From Escherichia coli (GTDB lineage Bacteria; Pseudomonadota; Gammaproteobacteria; Enterobacterales; Enterobacteriaceae), in assembly GCF_046105845.1 (NCBI RefSeq), contig NZ_CP151004.1: a stretch of 64,000 nucleotides of DNA; one strand, written 5' to 3'. Made by a program: the position numbers and the translations under genes. The notes beneath the pieces were generated by a model. It did no database searches. It was not told the origin of the DNA and was given only the letters and a program-made list of their open reading frames with translations. Below are positions 57,969-64,000 of the stretch, piece by piece. The stretch's first letter is position 1. Each line of letters opens with the position of its first letter.

Positions 57969-58730
57969 ATGCAATTGAGCAGCAGTGAACCTTGCGTGGT
58001 GATCCTGACCGAAAAAGAGGTAGAGGTAAGCGTCAATAACCATGCTACGTTTACCCTTCCGAAAAACTACCTGGCCGCCTTCGCGTGCAACAATAACGTC
58101 ATTGAACTCTCAACGTTAAATCACGTATTAATCACCCACATCAACCGCAACATCATCAACGATTATCTGTTGTTTTTAAATAAGAACTTAACCTGCGTAA
58201 AGCCCTGGTCGCGGCTGGCTACCCCGGTTATCGCTTGTCATAGCCGTACACCGGAAGTGTTCCGGCTAGCCGCCAACCACAGCAAGCAGCAACCCAGCAA
58301 ACCCTGCGAAGCGGAGTTGACGCGCGCATTGCTTTTTACCGTATTGTCTAACTTTCTTGAGCAATCGCGGTTTATTGCCCTACTGATGTATATCTTACGC
58401 AGCAGCGTCCGCGACAGCGTCTGCCGCATTATTCAAAGCGATATTCAGCATTACTGGAATCTGCGAATTGTCGCCAGTTCGCTATGTTTAAGCCCCAGCC
58501 TGCTCAAAAAGAAATTAAAAAACGAAAATACCAGCTATAGCCAGATTGTCACAGAGTGTCGTATGCGTTACGCCGTACAGATGTTATTGATGGATAACAA
58601 AAATATCACTCAGGTAGCGCAATTATGTGGCTATAGCAGCACGTCGTACTTTATCTCTGTTTTTAAGGCGTTTTACGGCCTGACACCGTTGAATTATCTC
58701 GCCAAACAGCGACAAAAAGTGATGTGGTAA
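57969..58730 (+). CDS. envY: AraC-family porin thermoregulator EnvY
   Basis: 253 aa ORF with C-terminal AraC-type helix-turn-helix; recognised as EnvY. Confidence 0.85.
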   Translation: MQLSSSEPCVVILTEKEVEVSVNNHATFTLPKNYLAAFACNNNVIELSTLNHVLITHINRNIINDYLLFLNKNLTCVKPWSRLATPVIACHSRTPEVFRLAANHSKQQPSKPCEAELTRALLFTVLSNFLEQSRFIALLMYILRSSVRDSVCRIIQSDIQHYWNLRIVASSLCLSPSLLKKKLKNENTSYSQIVTECRMRYAVQMLLMDNKNITQVAQLCGYSSTSYFISVFKAFYGLTPLNYLAKQRQKVMW

Positions 58731-58765
58731 AGGGCAAAGCGGAAACGGATAAGACGGGCATAAAC

Positions 58766-58842
58766 GAAGAAAAAATGGCGCGCCCTGCAGGATTCGAACC
58801 TGCGGCCCACGACTTAGAAGGTCGTTGCTCTATCCAACTGAG
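58766..58842 (-). tRNA. argU: tRNA-Arg (anticodon UCU)
   Basis: Reverse complement reads GCGCCCTTAGCTCAGTTGGATAGAGCAACGACCTTCTAAGTCGTGGGCCGCAGGTTCGAATCCTGCAGGGCGCGCCA, a canonical cloverleaf with encoded CCA and anticodon TCT. Confidence 0.95.
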
Positions 58843-59094
58843 CTAAGGGCGCGTTGATACCGCAATGCGGTGTAATCGCGTGAATTATACGGTCAACCCT
58901 TGCTGAGTCAATGGCTTTTGATCTGGTTGCTGAACAAGTGAACGACCGCGTCTGATTTTCTGATTTATTTCGCTATAGCGGCAAACAAACGCACACCGCT
59001 GCGCGTCTGAATCAAGAAAACCCGTATTTTCATGTATCAAAGTACAATTTCCCGACCTAACGGAAAATTGTCCGATCCAATGAGACTGGTAACT

Positions 59095-59727
59095 ATGAAA
59101 CCAACGTCGGTGATCATTATGGATACTCATCCTATCATCAGAATGTCTATTGAAGTTCTGTTGCAAAAAAACAGTGAATTGCAGATTGTCCTGAAAACGG
59201 ATGATTACCGCATAACCATCGATTATCTCCGAACCCGTCCTGTTGATTTAATCATTATGGATATAGACTTGCCCGGTACAGACGGTTTTACCTTCCTGAA
59301 AAGGATCAAACAAATCCAGAGTGCAGTGAAAGTATTATTTTTATCATCGAAATCAGAATGCTTTTATGCTGGCAGAGCGATACAAGCTGGTGCTAACGGT
59401 TTTGTCAGTAAATGCAATGATCAGAATGATATTTTTCATGCCGTTCAGATGATCCTCTCCGGATACACTTTCTTTCCCAGCGAAACGCTCAACTATATAA
59501 AAAGCAATAAATGTAGCACGAATAGTTCAACGGTCACTGTGCTATCTAATCGTGAAGTGACCATTTTACGTTATCTGGTTAGCGGATTATCAAATAAAGA
59601 AATTGCCGATAAGTTATTACTTAGCAATAAAACAGTTAGCGCGCATAAATCTAATATTTATGGCAAGCTAGGTTTGCATTCAATTGTAGAGCTTATCGAC
59701 TACGCCAAATTATATGAATTAATATAA
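59095..59727 (+). CDS. fimZ: Fimbrial response regulator FimZ (LuxR/NarL family)
   Basis: ORF 59032..59727 trimmed to MKPTSVIIMDTHPII (210 aa). Confidence 0.92.
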   Translation: MKPTSVIIMDTHPIIRMSIEVLLQKNSELQIVLKTDDYRITIDYLRTRPVDLIIMDIDLPGTDGFTFLKRIKQIQSAVKVLFLSSKSECFYAGRAIQAGANGFVSKCNDQNDIFHAVQMILSGYTFFPSETLNYIKSNKCSTNSSTVTVLSNREVTILRYLVSGLSNKEIADKLLLSNKTVSAHKSNIYGKLGLHSIVELIDYAKLYELI

Positions 59728-59729
59728 TA

Positions 59730-60245
59730 TTAATTATAATTGATCATAAATATCGCATCCGCTTTCGCCACACCTGGCTGAACACCGCTGGCTAACGCTC
59801 GATAATTGGCAAAAAAGTTTAGTGTGACATTGCCATTTGCATCTACTTCCTCAGTCGGGCTCGCCTCCCCCAGTGCGAGCCGGGAGCGATCGCTATTACG
59901 TAATTCGATGGCGACGGTTTGTGCCATTGCGGGATCATCCAGAGCCAGCAGGTTGGCATCAGATGCCGGCGTTCCCGTAAATAAAATCGCAACTGAACCC
60001 GGAGGACATCCCTCCAGCCGCAGGCTAAAAGGGACGAGTGCCGTGGTATCGCCAGCGCTCAGTAATTGTGTCGTAGGCCATCTGCCTAAATCTACCGTCT
60101 TATCAATATCCGCTGTGTTTACGGTACAGGAGAAATCAACAACGTTACCGTGCAAATTGATATTAATCGTTCCTAAAGGGTCAGCTGCCCATCCACTGGA
60201 ACTCCACAGTAGCCCGCAGAAACAGCTAAAGAGTACTCTTCTCAT
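59730..60245 (-). CDS. sfmF: Fimbrial minor subunit SfmF
   Basis: ORF 59730..60440 trimmed to the MRRVLFSCFCGLLWSSSGWA signal peptide (171 aa). Confidence 0.85.
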   Translation of the reverse strand: MRRVLFSCFCGLLWSSSGWAADPLGTININLHGNVVDFSCTVNTADIDKTVDLGRWPTTQLLSAGDTTALVPFSLRLEGCPPGSVAILFTGTPASDANLLALDDPAMAQTVAIELRNSDRSRLALGEASPTEEVDANGNVTLNFFANYRALASGVQPGVAKADAIFMINYN

Positions 60246-60255
60246 TCTCCGTACC

Positions 60256-61263
60256 TCATTGATAATCGACGCGTAAATAACCCAGCGCGCTAAACGGCCC
60301 TTCGGTCGGTTTTTGACCGGTAATACTGATAGGCCAGGCGCGAAGTGTGACATTGGCTGCCGCAGCTGCATCCAGACGGAAAGGAATAACGCTATTGAGA
60401 TCGTTAGGCGTGATCGGCGTATCGTTCTGATCGGCGACAATAAAACCTAAATCCTGATTGTCCGACACCATCGCCTGACCAGAAACGGCACTGGCTTCCA
60501 GACGCATTGTTAAATAAGCCTGCGCAGCAACATTCGTACATTTGATCGCAATATTCCTGGTTTGCGGCATGACACCATTAGGTCGATTCCCCGGCCCTGC
60601 CGCACTAAATAACGATGCACCGATATCACCAAAATCAAATTCAACAATTTGCCCGGCATTTAATTCGCAGTTTTGCGGTACTTCAACCCGGCCACCAAAA
60701 CTAATGGTATAAACAGGTGTAACCAACGGATCGTAAGGCGTTGATGTCACATACACGGTAAACATCACCTGTCTGGGGATCTCCACCATGTTAATAAAGG
60801 GCCGAATAACCTTTAAACGAAATATCAAACGAGAATCCATCACCCCGAACGGAAGGTTTTGCGAAACGTTAGGATCTGTTCCCATACGAATATAATTTTG
60901 CGGGGGAAATTGAATATCCATCACGCTATCAACCAGACTCATCGCACCTAATAGATAATCATTTAATTGCATATATTTATAATTATCGATAGTTTCCTGA
61001 ACAATAAAGTTGGTGACATAACTACGGTATGTATAATTCACCAGCGTGCCGGGTGGACAAATTGCTGACACACCTACCCAGCCGGATTTTTCCGGTAAAA
61101 CAACAATCTGCCCTGGCTGGTTATTGGTGCTATTAAAGACATTTGAGAGATCATAGTGTTCATCTTCTGCTACGCCAGTACTATTTGCACAAACAGTAGC
61201 CCAGGATATGTTTGCCAGACACAAACATGCCATTGCCAATAATAATCTGCAGATTATCTTCAT
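60256..61263 (-). CDS. sfmH: Fimbrial adhesin-like subunit SfmH
   Basis: 335 aa ORF with signal peptide; exact start uncertain. Confidence 0.85.
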   Translation of the reverse strand: MKIICRLLLAMACLCLANISWATVCANSTGVAEDEHYDLSNVFNSTNNQPGQIVVLPEKSGWVGVSAICPPGTLVNYTYRSYVTNFIVQETIDNYKYMQLNDYLLGAMSLVDSVMDIQFPPQNYIRMGTDPNVSQNLPFGVMDSRLIFRLKVIRPFINMVEIPRQVMFTVYVTSTPYDPLVTPVYTISFGGRVEVPQNCELNAGQIVEFDFGDIGASLFSAAGPGNRPNGVMPQTRNIAIKCTNVAAQAYLTMRLEASAVSGQAMVSDNQDLGFIVADQNDTPITPNDLNSVIPFRLDAAAAANVTLRAWPISITGQKPTEGPFSALGYLRVDYQ

Positions 61264-61275
61264 TGATAATTTCCT

Positions 61276-63885
61276 TTATGAGCCAGGATGTGTGCAAACT
61301 GCCGAAATAACAGTGACGGCTTGCTGTAAGCTTTGCTTCGGCAATACATAGTGCGCAATGCAGCGTGAGTTCGCGCCGTCTCCCCACTGAACCAGTAATT
61401 CACCAGACAATGGCGCACCACTTAAATAAACTTGCCCGTCATCACCCACCATACTGGTTATTCCGGTACTGTTTTCCCGTACCAGTGATCCAAACGGCAC
61501 CGGTTTTCCGCCCTGGGTAACGGTAATGAGCGCCCGCACGCCTATGCGGGTATCAAAATTGGCACGAACCAACGCGCCTTGCGTCGGCACAACGCTGCTA
61601 ATATTTTTTTCAACATCGATGGAATTCCCCATCGTATTAGTATCAAGCGCGATACGGTTATACCGATAAACCGTGGCATACGGCATCACCGCATAGCCGC
61701 GCCAGTCGGTTAAAATGCCAGTTTGATTTTCAATGCGTACACCGCCTGCGCCAGGCGCTTTAATCAAAACATTGGTATCCCCTAAAGGCTGGCTCAGCGT
61801 TATGCCATTTTCATGCCCGACCACACCGCCAGACAGCTGCCAGTTAACGTCATGTTGATCGCGGTCGTAGTTATACCCGACCCCCAGCGTACCGTAAGCG
61901 GCCTGCCAGTTTGCCGTGGCGCTGCCCGTATACCCATTATTCGAGGTATCGCCCTGGCTTACGTGATAACTCAGGTTGTGGCCTTCCAGTAAGGTCCCAC
62001 CAACGCCTGCCAGCCAGCTATTTTGCCCGTTGCTGTTACGGTTGGCGTTAAAGGAGGCATAAGCGCGATCGAGCGCATTTTCCCGGGTGTAGCGACGTTT
62101 GGTCAAAACATTGAAAGGCACTGAAACATTAAGTCCGACAATACGTTCGTTATCGGGGATCCCTACAGATTCATTCCACGAAAATGAGAGTGAATAACTG
62201 ATGCCAACCCAGCTGCTGGTATACCCCACCTGATACCACGTATCTGAATCCGAAGTATTCCAGTATTTTTGATGGGTACCAGAAATATAAAGCGAGCCAA
62301 AGTCATTAAGTGATTGTGAAATATTTAACTGCAAACGGTCTTTACGGCTAAAGCGTAAATTGTGGTAATTCACGATTATCGGTTCATCGCGATGCTCACC
62401 GTCATAATCGTAATCATATTCGTACCCCTCCATACGACGATACGCAACATCATCAAGGGTATAAAAACCTTGTGTCGAATAGCGGTAACCCATTAACTGA
62501 AAATTGGTGCCGAAAGTGTTCATTGATTTCGCATAGAGGAAGCGAATGGAATCCCCCTCATGACGACTGTCGTCGGCTAACTGACTGCGCGCATGCGTTA
62601 CATCCAGCGACACTGCGCCCCAGCTCCCGAGATTGCGCCCCAGCCCTAATAAAAAGGCGGTGTAATTGGCAGATAATTGCGTCCCGCCGTAGGCAGTAAA
62701 TTCCTGTGGTAAACCGCCGAGTGCCGTGCCCTGAAAAAAGAAAGGCGACGATTGCTGACTATTACCGCTACGAAAATCGCCCGCCGTCAGGTCAAATTTG
62801 AAACGCCCTTCGCGTTGTAAAATTGGCACTGTTGAATACGGAATAGTGTAATTCTGCTGATTACCATCGCGCTCGTCGATGGTGACGTCCAGATCGCCAT
62901 TTGAAGATGTCGGGTGCAAATCTGTAATTTCAAAAGCGCCGGGGGAAACATAGCTTTGATAGATAATAAAACCATTTTGCCGAATCGTTAGCTGGGCCGC
63001 CGTACGGGCAATCCCACGTACCGTTGGGGCAAACCCTTGCTGGCTATCAGGATACATATTATCGGAAGAATAAAGCCGTACACCTCGAAATCCGACGCCA
63101 TCGAAAATATCACTCCCTGTATTACCGTCTCCCATTACCAGTTCACTTTTCAGCGGAATAATGGCGCGCTGTACCCAGGTGCCAATATTATTCCAATGTT
63201 CTGAATGATATCCATTTCCGCGAAAATAGTTCCAGGAACCATTGTTGCGTAAACGCCACGGGCCAATATTAATCCCGCTGAGCTCACTAAAAAAATAGCT
63301 ATCGTTACCATTACCTCTGTTACCGGTGAAATTATAATTCAGGAGTAAAGCAGGAATACCTTCATCCCACTCTTCAGGCGGAATGTAACCGTGAGCGCTA
63401 CTCAACAACGCTATCTGAGGAATAGTGATGTTCAGGCGCATCGCTGCAAAATCAAAGTTAATTGTGGCATCAGGTACAGCTTTCAGTAAATTAATGCATT
63501 TATTATTTTGCTGCTGGGCTAACTCGGGGAATGCACTGCTATTAAGGCCAATTCGTTCAAGGAGTGCCTGATTAAAACAAGGCATTAACCCACCTGATTT
63601 ATCACCTGTATTTACTGTCGTCGATTCAAATACGATATCCTGTGAACCAATGAACTCATCATTACGCCAGAGATCCACCCGATACACACCCGCAGGTTGA
63701 TGATTACCTCTCTCAAAGCGCGATAAATCAGCAACGGATGTGCCATTCTCTAATAAAAATGCCGGGTTGAAATAACTTTCCGCATAGCTTAAAAAGGAGG
63801 GTAAAATGGCAAGAGATGAATAACAAATTCCGGCCAGACACCAGGTATACCTCTGCGGAATATCCGTAGTAGTGGGTATTTTCAT
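61276..63885 (-). CDS. sfmD: Fimbrial outer membrane usher SfmD
   Basis: 869 aa usher-family ORF; synteny sfmC-sfmD-sfmH-sfmF. Confidence 0.9.
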   Translation of the reverse strand: MKIPTTTDIPQRYTWCLAGICYSSLAILPSFLSYAESYFNPAFLLENGTSVADLSRFERGNHQPAGVYRVDLWRNDEFIGSQDIVFESTTVNTGDKSGGLMPCFNQALLERIGLNSSAFPELAQQQNNKCINLLKAVPDATINFDFAAMRLNITIPQIALLSSAHGYIPPEEWDEGIPALLLNYNFTGNRGNGNDSYFFSELSGINIGPWRLRNNGSWNYFRGNGYHSEHWNNIGTWVQRAIIPLKSELVMGDGNTGSDIFDGVGFRGVRLYSSDNMYPDSQQGFAPTVRGIARTAAQLTIRQNGFIIYQSYVSPGAFEITDLHPTSSNGDLDVTIDERDGNQQNYTIPYSTVPILQREGRFKFDLTAGDFRSGNSQQSSPFFFQGTALGGLPQEFTAYGGTQLSANYTAFLLGLGRNLGSWGAVSLDVTHARSQLADDSRHEGDSIRFLYAKSMNTFGTNFQLMGYRYSTQGFYTLDDVAYRRMEGYEYDYDYDGEHRDEPIIVNYHNLRFSRKDRLQLNISQSLNDFGSLYISGTHQKYWNTSDSDTWYQVGYTSSWVGISYSLSFSWNESVGIPDNERIVGLNVSVPFNVLTKRRYTRENALDRAYASFNANRNSNGQNSWLAGVGGTLLEGHNLSYHVSQGDTSNNGYTGSATANWQAAYGTLGVGYNYDRDQHDVNWQLSGGVVGHENGITLSQPLGDTNVLIKAPGAGGVRIENQTGILTDWRGYAVMPYATVYRYNRIALDTNTMGNSIDVEKNISSVVPTQGALVRANFDTRIGVRALITVTQGGKPVPFGSLVRENSTGITSMVGDDGQVYLSGAPLSGELLVQWGDGANSRCIAHYVLPKQSLQQAVTVISAVCTHPGS

Positions 63886-63915
63886 AATTAGCTCTGATAT
63901 TGTCAGATGATTCGG

Positions 63916-64000
63916 TTAGTTTAAGTTCACTTCTCTGACCGGGGTTACTGAACCATAATCATTAACGGTCTGAAATTTCAGCTTTCCCTGCACTCCTGAG
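63916..64000 (-). CDS. sfmC: Periplasmic fimbrial chaperone SfmC, 3-prime end only (gene continues beyond the window)
   Basis: Open minus-strand frame entering from the window edge and ending TVNDYGSVTPVREVNLN-stop 30 nt upstream of sfmD. A second open frame ending at 63962 is the alternative, so the frame choice is tentative. Confidence 0.4.
   Translation of the reverse strand, partial: SGVQGKLKFQTVNDYGSVTPVREVNLN

Noticed and set aside
58885-59166. 93 aa minus-strand ORF spanning the argU promoter region and the fimZ start
   Set aside because: It overlaps the fimZ start on the opposite strand and the argU upstream region; no supporting coding signal.

Overview
This window reads as an Escherichia coli chromosomal segment, colinear with the K-12 cit / ahpCF / ybd / enterobactin (ent-fep-fes) / pheP / cusCFBA-cusRS / nfrBA / argU / sfm-fimZ region but in the opposite orientation. 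All calls rest on my recognition of the translated ORFs and their synteny; no database search was run. Almost every gene is a well-known core gene, and I see no CRISPR array, integrase, transposase or obvious new multi-gene system. The most interesting features are: (1) a diverged tandem duplication of the hokE/mok/sok type I toxin-antitoxin module between entD and ybdK, with the differences concentrated in the predicted Sok antisense 5-prime tail; (2) the AT-rich ybdO-ybdN-ybdM module (LysR regulator, PAPS-reductase-like protein, ParB-like protein), whose function is unknown; (3) apparent absences relative to K-12 as I remember it: no ybdR between rnk and uspG (a 29-codon hydrophobic small ORF sits there), no IS186 next to hokE, and no DLP12 prophage at argU (envY lies about 35 bp from the tRNA, with ompT and appY absent). 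Regulatory sites readable directly from the sequence include the CusR box, Fur boxes in the ent/fep divergent promoters, a REP pair and several rho-independent terminators.
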